Source of the DNA: Octopus vulgaris
Lineage: Eukaryota
NCBI GenBank assembly: GCA_951406725.2
Contig: OX597819.1
Coordinates: 3,782,001-3,846,000, forward strand
DNA: 64,000 bases
Direction of reading: 5' to 3'
Part shown: piece after piece, positions 28,668-41,925 of the stretch
How positions within the stretch are numbered: the stretch's first letter is position 1
Layout: every line of letters starts with the position of its first letter
The notes under the pieces: model-generated
Told to the model about the DNA's origin: nothing
Seen by the model: only the letters and a program-made list of their open reading frames with translations
Databases searched by the model: none
Made by a program: the position numbers and the translations under genes

Positions 28668-29007
28668 TAAGTAAATAGATATACTCATATGTATATAGCA
28701 GTTACGCGTATATGTGTATATCTCGTAGGAACATATTCAAACAACATAAAATAAACAAACGATTTATCTATTTCACCTGTAAAGAAATTCACGCTTTTAA
28801 ATATAAACATGGTGAGTAAAGGTAATTCTGTGTGCTTTGAAATATATTTTACCATTTAAATGCAAATATTTAGCCATCTAAATCGTCTGCCTTTAAGTTC
28901 ATATTCACAATCTTCCAGTGTAAGTAAGTTTAACAGCGACATATAGCGGTGAAAAAATACGAGGCATATTTTTTCATTTAAGGTTATGTAAAGAGTAGCC
29001 ATACTCT

Positions 29008-29152
29008 ATAGCACACCAGGCGAAATGCTTAATAGCATTTCGTCTGTCTTTATGTTCTGAGTTCAAATTCCGCCGAGGTCACTTTGCCTTTCACCCTTTC
29101 GGGGTCGACTGGTTCCCTACCCCAAAATTTCGGGCCTTGTGCCTTGAGTAGA
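29008..29152 (+). mobile_element. SINE family B, internally deleted
   Basis: Core present; TSD aaagagt(a/g)gccatact at 28990-29005 and 29153-29168. Confidence 0.85.
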
Positions 29153-29209
29153 AAAGAGTGGCCATACTATAATCGTTTTTAACTTTTCCAGATTAAAAAG
29201 GTTGCTGTT

Positions 29210-29600
29210 TCATTTAAATTTCTTTAGAAATGCACGAAGATAAGATATGATAAGAGAGGGAGTTGCAGAGTATCTGCATTCTGTGAAGGAAGAGTTGGAA
29301 GAATTGTTAGTACCATCAATAAACATTGTGGAAAGAGAGTGGCATCGGGAGGGCTTAGGTGTAGATGTGCGGTGAATCAACCGAATATACAAGCAGTTAT
29401 TGTGGGTCGCAGTTAAGCGTTGTCGAGGTTCAGTACAAGACCTCATCTGCAGAATATTTTGGCTCTGAAGGAGGCCGTAGCATATGCGATGCAGTTTTGT
29501 TGTGCGACCGAAGGGAATTATAAGGTCTGACATAATTTTGATTGTTTCCAGTGCAAATGGTGACCCTCTCAGCTGAAACTCTCTACTCTACTCATAGCAG
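29210..29600 (-). mobile_element. Possible degraded LINE 3' end
   Basis: Local GC elevation and a decayed ORF ending ...SYLRAFLKKFK, reminiscent of CR1/L2 C-termini. No strong motif. Confidence 0.3.
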
Positions 29601-29721
29601 ATGAACATATCAAACCTGCTAAACATTGTTATGATGTGTAACGATTTTAATGGTTTGATCTTCTTGAGTAAAATGAGTGTTGTGCTTATGTATATACGTA
29701 TGTATGTATCTCTCTCTCTCC

Positions 29722-29774
<53 letters not shown>

Positions 29775-32002
29775 TGTGTGTGTGTGTGTGTGTGTGTGAC
29801 ACATTAGCTGTAGAACAGTTATCTAATTGTAATAGGGATATTAGCATATAAGAGTAACGAAAATGTAGACGCTTTCCCTAAGATATTGAGGTGACAAAAA
29901 TATCGATTTCAGTATGCCCATGTAAGAGGTCAATATTCTACAGGGGGAGGGTATATGCTGAAAAGAAAGAATGGCTCTTCTCTGAATAAATACTAAATAC
30001 AAAACAAATGCATACATTTACGACGTCCTTAAAAGGGAGATTCTAACAGATTAAGTATAGTTAATAGGGATTTAAGAAACGACATAACAAATACCTAATA
30101 CTAAAACAAGAAATTAAGATATGGAATAATTTCAGTATTTGACAGGAATTACCAATTACTGATAACTGGATGAGCTTAGTGACTTTCCCACCCTCTTTTA
30201 CAGTAAAATATCCTGAGTGCCTCTATGGCATAGCTCACCCATGAACTTAGAAGCAATTGCATAAAAAATAAAAAATAAAAACGAAAGCAAAACACAAAAT
30301 ATGCATTAATACAGAAAATATTAGATCAATATGTAAAGCGAAATAAGGAGTGTCAGGTAAGAACGTACACATTCACGGGTGAAAACACATACACACTTGC
30401 ACGGAAGCACGCACACATATAACATCTAGAGATACAAGATGAATAAATAGGAGAATATACGGATGGATGCATGGATGGATGAGAAAAGAAAGGAGTGATA
30501 AATGTTAGGTCGGTTGGATCATAAATTTCCTAGCTATATTATCAAGCATTCATTCAGAAAACCATAAATGGTAATATAAATTTGCTTAAGGCTAAACTCT
30601 CATGATATATATAGCAAGCTTAAGAAAAAACTGACAGATAGATAGCTCCAATATTTCAACGTTCTTAGACCTAGAATTAAGGATTAGGATGACAAATATA
30701 AATGCTGAGTAACCTGTTATATCTTCAATATATGTGTCATCGGATAATATTAGTTTTTTTAAAATTTTGAACGTGAAAAAATACACTTGCCCTTAGGCAA
30801 GGGTTTTCTATTCAAGGACTCATGACAAAATAAAAAGTAATCATATGCTAGCTCTATTTCAGAAGATTGGAAAAGAAAGATGACAGGTTTTCTGTTCGGT
30901 TTCTTTTCTAAATGGCATATTCCCCAAATCCGTGTGTGTTACATAAAAGAACAAATGAATAAATATCATCAATGGTATAACCGAAACATACAGTGAGAAC
31001 CAATGTCTAGCTTCGTGTTTAACGTATAGAATGTGTTTCACCATGTTACTTCTCCCCTTAGCTTCCTTACTCACACTTTCATTATTCACTGTTATTTATA
31101 TTTTTATCGTTATATTCATCCTGTAACATCACAATACATTGTGTTTCTTTATAACAAAAGGTTCAACCAAAAGTATTAGCTCTATTTCCTTCCTCATGGC
31201 GTAACATTTATCTCGCGCGCATGAATGATGTCAGCAACTAACAAATTATAAAACAAGATGGATACTGTATTTATGCTGCATTTGGAATATAGAAACAACA
31301 GCATACAAACTGCTTTCAGGACACGAGTTAGTTTACTACTTCTTGTTGGTATTCATTCCAGGTCAATTTAATGATAATTTTTAAAGCGTTTTAGGACTGA
31401 AAATATGGCACTTTCTTAACACATAAAATTTGGTTGACTTTTACTTAAAAATCACCATCTCTCGATGCAGTGCCTGTTGTGCTTCAACTTCTTGATAGCA
31501 TATTCATTGCTTTTCAGGCAAATATATGGTAAAACGGTAAATTATGTAAAATATTTCGTGCTAGTTTTTCTCATTGGGAGGAGAGTTATAGAAACATATA
31601 CAGCGCACACATACATGCTCACATACACCCCCCACACACACATGTATATTTACGCTCAGTATAACTTTACTTTATTTCATTAAATGTCTCATGGAACTTC
31701 AAGTCAAAAATACTCCAATGTTGAAGTACAGACAGCAATACACTGGAAATATATTTGCTGCGATAATATGCTACCATTAGTTGTGAAATGTTGATTTCTA
31801 TCCTATGATACTGAGACTCTGTAAGATGAATTGAAATGATATTTAATATATATTGATAGATACCGTATTTAGTCAAATTAGCTGATATTCCCCAGAATCC
31901 ACCACCAATTGCAACAGAAACGAAACTTGTTGGTATTTGCTCAGTAGCACTCTGGAATTTGAATCCAGCAATCTGAGTTCGGATTTCGGTGAGACATCCA
32001 AT

Positions 32003-32403
32003 AGGCGCAGGAGTGGCTGTGTGGTAAGTAGCTTGCTTACCAACCACATGGTTCCGGGTTCAGTCCCACCACGTGGCAATTTGGGCAAGTGTCTTCTATT
32101 ATAGCCTCGGGCCGACCAATGCCTTGTGGGTGGATTTGATAGATGGAAACTGAAAGAAGCCCGTCGTATATATGTACATATATATGTATTTGTGTGTGTG
32201 TGTTTGTGTGTCTGTGTTTGTCCCCCCAACATCGCTTGACAACCGATGCTGGTGTGTTTACGTCCCCATAACTTAGCGGTTCGGCAAAAAAGACCTATAG
32301 AATAAGTACTAGGCTTACAGTCCCTGGGTCGATTTGCTCGACTAAAGGCGGTGCTCCAGCATGGCCGCAGTCAAATGATTGAAACAAGTAAAATAGTAAA
32401 AGA
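32003..32403 (+). mobile_element. SINE family A, full length, nested in the Academ element
   Basis: GGCGCAGGAGTGGCTGTGTGGTAAG (A box)...GGTTCAGTCCC (B box)...GAAACAAGTAAAATAG tail. Confidence 0.93.
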
Positions 32404-32479
32404 CTAGGGTACCCTTCAGTACCATAAAATCTTTTGAGTGGAACAATATTTTTTCAGGGGTGAACTTTTAGATTTCAGG

Positions 32480-35400
32480 ATTAGACGACGAAGGTACAGA
32501 CAGGCACAGCAACACTTTTTATGAAGCTATCAAGACATTTTTGGTGTTCTAACCCATGTTTTTCTGGTACATCTTCCACATAGAAATGTCTGTCAAGAGA
32601 TTTGAGGCAGCCCTATACCTTTACCAGGGGTAAGGGGTAAACGGAGAAGTCGATACTGATAGAAACTGCAGTCAACCTCATTAGAAGTGTTGTTAAGTCA
32701 GTTGTACAACAAGTCTTTATATGAGTGATATCTCAGAAGCTACTAACTATTTTCCAGAGTCACTACGCTTATTACTGAACACCGTATTTGTTGGAAAAGA
32801 AAAACGGTTGGAGGTGAACTCATTGGGGCAAGCGATAATGCAGACTCCCGCCCCAAAGTTCTGACTCCACCATTGCAATTAGGTCTAGGTGTTCAAATGC
32901 ATTCGCATCTTGCCTCAAGAATTCTGATTGACACACTGAATTTCCACAGATTCTGTAGTTCTTATTCACCGTTGCAAACTTAGGAACGCAGTGCAGCTGT
33001 CAACCAGGGATTGGACATTCCGGAGTTCCTCCCTGGACAGTTTGTTCAATATGTAGACAACAACGTGGATCATGACTCTAGAACTCTTGACGGCTCTAGG
33101 ACATTCCATCGAATGAGTATTATAGCAGTTGTAACATCTAAATGTGATGGCACCTGACTGGTAAAACGTATTTCTGTGACAGCAGAGGCGATCGCTGCAG
33201 TAGGACACATCAGCATTAAGAAATTCATAGAACTTGGTGATAAACTTGCTAATATCAAGTATGAAGATCTGCCAGTGGAAAACGTCCGTGTCAGACCGGT
33301 TACCAAGACCAACATGGTCGGGATACATGCAAATGGTAAACAATGGAGACCACCCAGGACAATCATCCACCATGTTCCTACCAATATTTGATATGAACCA
33401 GGGTAACATGATGTGTGTCAACTCAGCCTTACACTTCGTTGCAGAGCACTATGGAGCAACACCAGTGCTCACTTTTGGAGAGGACAGTGATCGACAGCTG
33501 ATTATTTTAAGACTTGGGGGATTTTACACACTACTGAGCTTTCTGGGTGGCATTGGGCACTTGATGAGAGGAAGAGGCCTTCACGAAATATTGGAAGTGA
33601 TCTTCGCTAAGGACACTGTTATTCATACACTCACTGGAAACGCAGTTGCTTGTGTCATTCGAGGTCATCTCCTTGTGGATTCCTTCCTTCCCACACTACT
33701 CTTGAGCAGTCTGTTAGGGATCAAGTTGTCTTTATTTAAGGACAGTGTGCCACTGGAATTGGAGACAAGAGAGAACAACCTCTATGAAATTACGCTCAGT
33801 GGTGTAGAATCATCTTTGTATCTGCAGGATCTACAACAGAAACTTGGGACACACAAGGACATGTTGGAATCGAGCTAGCGAACTGCACGTCTGTGGCTGT
33901 AATGCATGGAATTGATAGACATCATGAGGTCATGCACGTGATCAGAACAAATGAAAGATTGGTCCTTCTATTTGGAGACGTCGCAAGCTATGCTTCCGTA
34001 TATAGCTGCCTCTAGTTTTAACTTGAACACGAAGTCATTGCACCTCTATTTGCAGAAGATGACAAAACTGGAAGGCATACAACCCAATGTCTACCAACAG
34101 TTCACCAGTGAGTACATGTAGTCAAGAGGAGTGACCGTTTCTGGGCAGGGTTGTCTCCAGACCTGGTGATCGAAAATGTACTAATAAGAAGTCTGAAGAC
34201 GAGTGGAGGTATCATCAGAGGGAAGGGATTGGCGGAAACTCAAAGACTGGTCTGATGTCTTTTAATGCCAGTCTGTGCAGAAGTAAACATGGCAATGCAA
34301 CAGTTGACGTCCATCACATACGACACAACTGAACATCATAAAGACATATTACAAGCTCGGCAAACAAGGGACATTAGTAACTGTAGCAAAATGCTGTCTT
34401 TCATTGACTGGAGGTCTCCATTCGAAGCAGACTCATCCCTCCTCAAAATAGTCAGTGGAATCGCGGCTGGTTCCGAGGTTAATGTGGAATATGCAAAAAG
34501 GATCCAATATGATATTCTTAATGAAATGGTTGGACAACATGTGGTCAAGTACAGTTTCAGAAAGAAAACGCAAACTGTGACTTTTGACTCTAAGTCGGCA
34601 GTCAAGATAGGTGATGAAGTACAGATTGATCTTCTGTTTCAACAAATCATTATTGCAGGATCACAGGCAAATGATCTTCCGAATGCCCTCACCTATGAAC
34701 TCTGCAACTACCCACCTACCTTGTTCGAAGGGAAGGAAAAGCTCCTAAAAGCTGTATAGCCACAACTAGCTGACGCCATCTGGTCTGAGGTACCACAGAA
34801 CCCAGCACCATGGAAAAATATCACATACGTCCTTGATGGAGGTGCTCTTCTCCATTGCATGCCATGGCAACTTAGTAAAACATACAAGATATTTCAGGAC
34901 TGTACCAGATATGTTACAAAACACTATGGTTAGGCAGTGATTGTGTTTGATTATAAGGCGGCACCTTCAACAAGAGACAGCACGCATCAGCGCTGAGTGG
35001 AGTGTGAGGGTAGGAAGGTGACATTCCAGCTGTCTCTGAAGCTCCAGTTAAAAAATATAGAATTCCTCTCAAACCAAGAGAACTTTTAGGAGATGCCCTG
35101 GCCAAAGAAAGCTCCTCCATGCCTAAGGAGATGCAGATACTCTTATTGTCCTAACTGCAGTGAGAATCTCTGAGGACAGAGAAACTGTGTTAGTCGGAGA
35201 CGATACAGACCTACTTGTTCTTCTCATCCACTTTGCAGGAGAAAACAAACATGACATCAGCTTCCGACCTGAACCAATGAAAGGAGCAGAAGTAGGAGTA
35301 TGGGTGTTAATTCTATCAAGCAGAAGCTTGGGGGTTCAGGTTTACACGCATATTCTCTTTGTACATGCTTTCTTGGTATGTGGTACCACATCCAGGGTTT

Positions 35401-35861
35401 TTGGGATCGGGAAGGCTGCAGGTTTCAATCTCATTGAAGACAACGAGGCATTTCGGGATCAGGCAGAGGTGTTCAGGAGTAAAAGGACAACAAAGGACAA
35501 CATAATCACGGCAGGTGAGAAGGCGACTCGTTCGATAATGTTATGTCACCGATTCCAATACCTTGTCACCGCGTGAAATAAGGCAGTTCATCCTAACATG
35601 TTGCCACCAACATTAGCGGTTACGAAGTACCATAACTTGCGTGTCTACCACCAAGTCGAGGAGTGTCAGGGAAACACACCGAATGCTGAAGATTGGGGAT
35701 GGAAACTCTCAGTTATCTCTGACTGTGATCCTACAGCACAGTCGTTGTGTGGTGTGCCTGCAAGTCAGGTTGGGCTTCCATGTTCACCTGCTTGTTCTGG
35801 GTGCAGAGGTGTTTGTCAGAACAATGACTATGGCAGCGCTGAGGATGTAGATAACAGCTAA
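32480..35861 (+). pseudogene. Frameshifted Academ-type protein: transposase, XPG/FEN1-like nuclease and C-terminal Cys-rich domain
   Basis: Motifs in order: PLQLGLGVQMH, FVQYVDNNVDH..RTLDG..TFH, TPVLTF, LRLGGFYTLLSFLGGIGHLM, DLVIENVLIRSLKTSGG, VLDGGALLH, GDADTLIV, VGDDTDLLVLL, H3TH-like CGTTSRVFGIGK, LPPT..YHNLRVYHQV, CSPACSGCRGVCQN. Many stops and frameshifts. Confidence 0.85.
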
Positions 35862-37426
35862 ATCTGACTGAAAACGTAACTGAACTGACGGACATTGTGG
35901 ACCGTAAGCTTTTACTTTACAGCATATACTTGAGTCTAACTATGTATTCTCCTTTCTTTCTTCTGATCATGTCAATATCAACGAAAGCACTTGGGATTAG
36001 GAGTTATATATTTTATCCTGTGTCAAACAATTTTATTGTGGACTTACGGAAATAGGGGGGGGGGTAGGGGGGTAACTCATTTAAAACACTTTTACTTGTT
36101 CTTTGTTTTGGATTATCTTGATTAATTAAGAAGTTATGACCGTCTGAAGTTGCGCCAAGTTAAAAAATGGCAAAACAGTGATACTTTTTCATTCTGTTAT
36201 TTCACCATGTTCCACTCCGACGATTCTTCGGGACTTTTAGCATGTTATGAGAAACCTTTATCCAAGACAAATAACACTGGTTTCGTTTGTGTGGCAATAA
36301 GTGGTGGGCCCTGGTGTACATTTACTGGTCTAGTGCGTTTACAGAATAGCTTTCAATTACCCATATGTATTTGACTTAATTTATATGTGTGTTAGTGATT
36401 AAATGCGCATGGCAACGAGTGAACGGATGACAGATAATAATTGCATGTCTAAACACAACTAATTTTATGATGAAGGTCTTTTCCCCTGCAAATATATTTA
36501 GTATATCTAAGCATCTAGTGTTTTAAAATCTATTAGCAATTTTCAAGTGAATGTTGACATTATTATTCTGTCACATATAATAATTTCTTGCATTCTTTTC
36601 TATAAACCCACTACACACAATTTCCTGAAATTCTCTTCGTATTGCAAATTACTGGATCAAGAGAAAGTTTACAATCCTCCCACGAGTGTCATGTTTTTGG
36701 CTTATAATGACGTGAATTGTACAAACAAGTTGCAGCAATTTAGGTTTTCATGATATTCTTTGTTTCATTAACAGGAATATTTTTACGGTATTAAATTTCA
36801 GGGCATTGCTTTTGTAACACTTCAATTGCTTTTCAGTAGTTAATTCGTATAGCAGCACATATGGATTTATATTCCTAACACAGCCTTTATAGCAAGAACA
36901 AACAAAAAACAAATAAAAATAAACAAACTAAAAAATAAAGAGAACACAAAACTCTGCAGCAAGTAAAATATTTCCTGAGATTACCAGACCTTTTCCAGTC
37001 TAAAGTGCCATTTACCTTAATCATAGTCTCGTAAATGGAAAAGAGGAAAAAATTTACTTCTAAACACCCCTTCCTCTTTTCATTTTTGGTGATAAATAAA
37101 TATGGATTGCTCCTCTGATCTTGTATTAGTTTTAGGCTAAATAACTGTATGTCTGTGTTTAATGAGGTCTTTCTATATAATTCAATGATCTAACGAAGTC
37201 TGTGTACACAGATTTTCTCACCTCCCCATTATCTTTGGCTGTTTCTCTTTTGCTGCCTTTCATTCATTTTACTTTACTGATGAGAAATACATTTGAAATG
37301 TCCACGTATACTATGCACTGCACTGAGAGATGTATGTAATTTTCTGTTTTTGTAGATTGTTATATCTAGAACATTTCTGTCGGTGCTACATATACTCCCT
37401 ACCTGATCTAATAACATTATTATATT

Positions 37427-37638
37427 GGTTTCAAATTTTGGCAAAATGCCAGCAAGTTCGGGGGAAGAGGCTTGTCGAATACATCGACCCCAGCGCTCAA
37501 CTGGTATTTATTTTCTCAATCCCGAAAGGGATAAAAGCAAAGTCGACCTCGGTAGAATTTGAACTAAGAACATAAAGACGAAGGAAATGCCGCTAAACAT
37601 TTCGCCCCGCCTACTAACGACTGCCAGCTCGCCGCCTT
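37427..37638 (-). mobile_element. SINE family B
   Basis: ggtttcaaattttggc...cccgaaagggataaaagcaaagtcgacctcgg...ctgccagctcgccgcctt. Confidence 0.85.
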
Positions 37639-37888
37639 AGATGGCTTTTTTATATTAAAGAAAGTAAGACCTAGTAATTTATCCATTTTTTATAATCTGA
37701 TATGAACAATATTCCATTTTCAAAACAAAATAATAGTGAATATTGAAATGTCGACAAAAATTAGCTATACGCGAGTGGCTTAGTTTGGGTTTTACTTGGG
37801 CTCTCTGAAGCATTGCTCGGGTTTATAAAATTTAATATAAGTGTAACCCAGTACATACTTCACTCTGTGCTTATGACTAGATAAAATA

Positions 37889-37931
<43 letters not shown>

Positions 37932-37977
37932 TATTATTATTATTATTTTATATATATATATATATATTTTTTTTTTT

Positions 37978-38362
37978 CTTTTTTTTCACTTGTTTCAGTC
38001 ATTTGACTGTGGCCATGCTGGAGCACCGCCTTTAGTCGAGCAAATCGACCCCAGGACTTATTCTATCGGTCTCTTTTGCCGAACCGCTAAGTGACGGGGA
38101 CGTAAACACACCAGCATCGGTTGTCAAGCAATGCTAGGGGGACAAACACAGACACACAAACACACACATACATATATATATACATATATGCACATATATA
38201 CGACAGGCTTCTTTCAGTTTCCGTCTACCAAATCCACTCACAAGGCATTGGTCGGCCCGGGGCTATAGCAGAAGACACTTGCCCAAGATGCCACGCAGTG
38301 GGACTGAACCCGGAACCATGTGGTTGGTTAGCAAGCTACTTACCACACAGCCACTCCTGCGC

Positions 38363-38363
<1 letters not shown>
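37978..38363 (-). mobile_element. SINE family A, full length
   Basis: Near-identical to 15173-15574 and 41926-42287. Confidence 0.92.
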
Positions 38364-38393
<30 letters not shown>

Positions 38394-38877
38394 CAGGCCA
38401 CTTGGTGTTTAAATTGATGTTATTAATTAATATTCAATTTTTTCACCCTTATTTTGACTTTAATTATAAATTAATATGTTCTCAAACCGGCAGTAAATTA
38501 CTTATGCAGTATTTATATTCGGCGATTTAGCGCACCAGAACGAGGGCATTTGAATGTAACTATGAATATAATCAGCCGTACTATTTCGCCTCTGTCCAAC
38601 CTCGTGTGGATTTTGCCGTACAGTTCGACAAATTATATTTTGATGTACTCTACTGACGATTCGAAAATACTTATGTAAGTAAAATTGCATAATTTATTAA
38701 CGATGAAACAATTGTATAGAGTTAATCTATTTTTTCGTTAATTTTCATTTGTTCTGCTCGCTTACGTTCTTGGTGCGTTGAATTAATTCTTGAGAACATT
38801 TTCTTGGTGGTGGATTCCCTTTGCGGATCTATAGCTAGCATTAGAGCGTCCACATAGTGGATTTTCTCTTATTGTTT

Positions 38878-38916
<39 letters not shown>

Positions 38917-39103
38917 GCATACATAGATACATAGATATTTGTATGTGTATATGCATGTGTTTGTGTGTGTATATGTTTTGTGTGCATGTCTGCGTGTGTT
39001 TGCGTGTGTGTATGTACACGAGACAGTTTTTAAGATGATTAATTCACACATATGAAGAGGTAAGCTACATTATTTGCATGGAGTGGTAGTTGTATTTCTT
39101 AAA

Positions 39104-39318
39104 TTTGTAGAGAGTATATTTTGTAGAATGAATATCCTACAAAATATTTTTTGCAAATTGAATTTACAAATATCTGACATTACGATGGGAACAAGAGTTG
39201 CCTGCAAATTTTGCCATGGCATACCTTGGAGTGCAAGTATATAAACAATCTAAATTAACGTATGTCGTCAGCTTCCATAAATGTCTATTAGAGAATTGGA
39301 AATGTTTCTTAAGTGACT
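39104..39318 (+). mobile_element. Penelope-like reverse transcriptase fragment
   Basis: ITMGTRVA/ANFAMAYLGVQVY...LENWKCFLSD matches the Penelope pattern MGT..AP..AN..M.....W.RY.DD. Confidence 0.7.
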
Positions 39319-39590
39319 CTCCCCATTCTGCAGATTCACCCTCAGAATGTGCAACCAAATGCAATCAGGCAATCGGAAAATTGGACTGGCCAATGGTCTC
39401 TCATCTGCTCCACCTGTTCGAGCCAACAAAAAACAGTCTTTGTGGACAATGATTTGATAACACAGGTGAGATGAAAATGGCAACGAAGAAGTAGATACTA
39501 TAGTGTACATCTGAATTCTTTCAAAGTGGATTAACTTGAGATCAAGGATGGTGCCAATGAATTGCTTGTGGAGGGAATTGCGTTGAGTAC
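39319..39590 (+). mobile_element. Mariner transposase C-terminal fragment
   Basis: PHSA...IGKLDWPMVSH[deletion]HLFEPTKNSLCGQ.FDN matches mariner PH.A...LGW..LPH(PYSPDLAPSD)HLF..MKN.L.G..F. Confidence 0.6.
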
Positions 39591-39597
39591 AGTTATC

Positions 39598-39936
39598 TTT
39601 TATCTTTCATTTGTTTTAGTCATTTGACTGCAGCCATGCTGGGCACCACCTTGTGGGATTTTAGTCGAACAAATCGAACCAAATTCTTATTATTTCTTTT
39701 GCTGAAGCATAAAATTACGGGGACGTAAACACACCGAATGTCAAGCGATGGTGGGGGCAAATACAGACACACACACACATGTACATGACGAACGCCTTTC
39801 AGTTTCCGCCTACCAAATCCACTCAGAAGGCTTTGGTCGGCACGAGGCTATTTGAAGAAAACACTTGCATAAGGTCAGAATCCGGAACGATGTGGTTGGG
39901 AAGCAAGCTTCTTACCTCACAGCCACGTCTGCGACT
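39598..39936 (-). mobile_element. SINE family A, diverged
   Basis: Same tail and head motifs with internal deletions. Confidence 0.85.
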
Positions 39937-40318
39937 ATGAACAAAAGAAAAATTGATCTACTAACATGTGCTATTTGAGCGACATATATGAGTTAATTAT
40001 AAAGTTATGCGTACATTTCCATTACTTTCGCTCTAACAAATCAGAAATGATAAGCTAAAAGAACAAATAAATACATTCACTACAAACTAAATCATCCAGA
40101 AATTACTGTAGTCCACATTCACAGAGAAATGTGTAAATAAATGTAGACGTACATATACATAACTTAGTGCCATTGCTTAAGGACACACATTTCCGTCTGT
40201 CTGTCCATCCATCCGTCCGTGCACCCGCCCGTCCGTCCGTCCGTCCGTCCGTCCGTCTGTCCATCCATCCATCCATCCATCCATCCATCCATCCATCCAT
40301 CCATCCATCCATCCATCC

Positions 40319-40389
<71 letters not shown>

Positions 40390-41209
40390 GGATATATTCT
40401 TGAACATCCATTTTGTTTTTTTTCTCCTAAAATATTTCTTCACTTTGAATAGTTTTATAGACAAGTTGAAATGCCATATTTTAACTTAGTTTTTAATAAC
40501 TGAAAATATTTTTGAAATTCACAAACGTATGTACATATGTATAGTTGTTTGAAAGGATGCAGATGTGGATATATGCATATATATCATATGCAGGAGTTCG
40601 TAAATTACTGACTAAAATTATATGTAATGTGCAAACAACAAACGACGGATCTTGCAAACTATATCTCTATTTAAATGCATTATCCTCCAATCAATTCATA
40701 TGTCACCGACTAAATCCTCAAAAATTGCGAAGAAATTTATGCTTTCGTACTAGTTATCACGAAAACGAATAAGAGAAGTTAACCCCTCAATCATCAGTTG
40801 CGTTCTTTCGTATGGAATGACATGGTCCCCATTCAAAGGCATCAGCAAGATGTGTGAAATAAACACGAAAACAGACATGTGACTGAAAGGAAAGGAAAAT
40901 CTATGCCTTTTGTAAAAGCCAACATTGTTATTTGATTAGCTCAAAATAACTAAAACCGGTTAAAAAATGATTATCTCTCTTGTGAAAACAATTTTTATAC
41001 TTTACATACGTACGTACACACACACACACACACAGACACATACACGCATAATATGTACAGCCATATTTAACACTCGGAAATGGAAAGAGAATACATTGCA
41101 CAAGCTGCCTATAAAGATGAAAATTCTTCTTATAGACAAGTACACCTTTAATGAATTTATGCCAGCTTAATAAAAGATCTTGGACATCAGGAAATGCACC
41201 GTTTGTTAT

Positions 41210-41600
41210 TCTGGCAGAAACGTTAGCACGCCGGGTGAAATGCTTAGCGGTATTTCGTCTGCTGCTAAGTTCTGAATTCAAACTCCGCCGAGGTCCACTT
41301 TGCCTTTCGTCCTTTCGGGGTCGATTAAATAAATACCAGTTACACACTGGGGTCGATATAATCGACTTAATCCGTTTGTCTGTCCTTGTTTGTCCCCTCT
41401 GTGTTTAGCCCCTTGTGGGTAGTAAAGATATAGGTATTTCGTCTGCCGCTACGTTCTGAGTTCAAATTCCGCCGAGGTCGACTTTGCCTTTCATCCTTCC
41501 AGGGTCGATAAATTAAGAACCCGTTGTGTACAGAGGTCGATCTAATCGACTGGGCCCCTCCCCTCAAAATTTCGGGCCTTGTGCCTAGAGTAGAAAAGAT
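41210..41600 (+). mobile_element. SINE family B, dimeric form
   Basis: Same TAG|GTATTTCGTCTG junction as 12808-13204. Confidence 0.9.
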
Positions 41601-41652
41601 TCTAATATAAGAGTGACCAACTCCTAGTGGCCTTGAACGACGGCTCAATATC

Positions 41653-41698
41653 CGTAGCTGATGAAGACTAAACAGCGCAGAAACGCATGTATCCTACG
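41653..41698 (+). ncRNA. Decayed minimal type I hammerhead-like motif (different family)
   Basis: CGTAG-CTGATGA-...-GAAA-CGCATGTATC-CTACG. Stem I CGTAG/CTACG is perfect. Stem III is consistent with CpG decay of the palindrome ACGCATGCGT. Stem II pairs poorly. Confidence 0.45.
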
Positions 41699-41925
41699 CT
41701 CCAGTGACGTCATTTATGGCCTAGTGGTGTGTTTACATCCATAGTGTCATAACTCTTTATTCCCTTCTCCTTTACCGACTCTTTTTCTCTGTGTAAATCT
41801 CTCTAGAGCAATCTGCATCGCTTAAACATTCCTTTACTGATGAATCTTAGTGACTATAAACTTTTCAAACACCGTAGTCATATTGGTAAAATATGAATAT
41901 ATCGAATTATGTGAGTATGTGTGTA

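Larger units (their letters stand above)
31870..36332 (+). mobile_element. Decayed Academ-type (AcademX-like) DNA transposon, probably internally deleted, antisense in the host intron
   Basis: Starts TAG (31870) and ends CTA (36330-36332). Imperfect TIRs: left ccaccaccaattgcaacagaaacgaaacttgttggtatttg vs reverse-complemented right ccaccacttattgccacacaaacgaaaccagtgttatttg. Encloses a frameshifted transposase/XPG-like coding region. GC is higher than the flanks. No TSD recognised. Confidence 0.8.

Noticed and set aside
33234-35861. ORFs of 214, 164, 138 and 87 aa as host genes
   Set aside because: They are consecutive frameshifted pieces of one transposon protein lying between TIRs.
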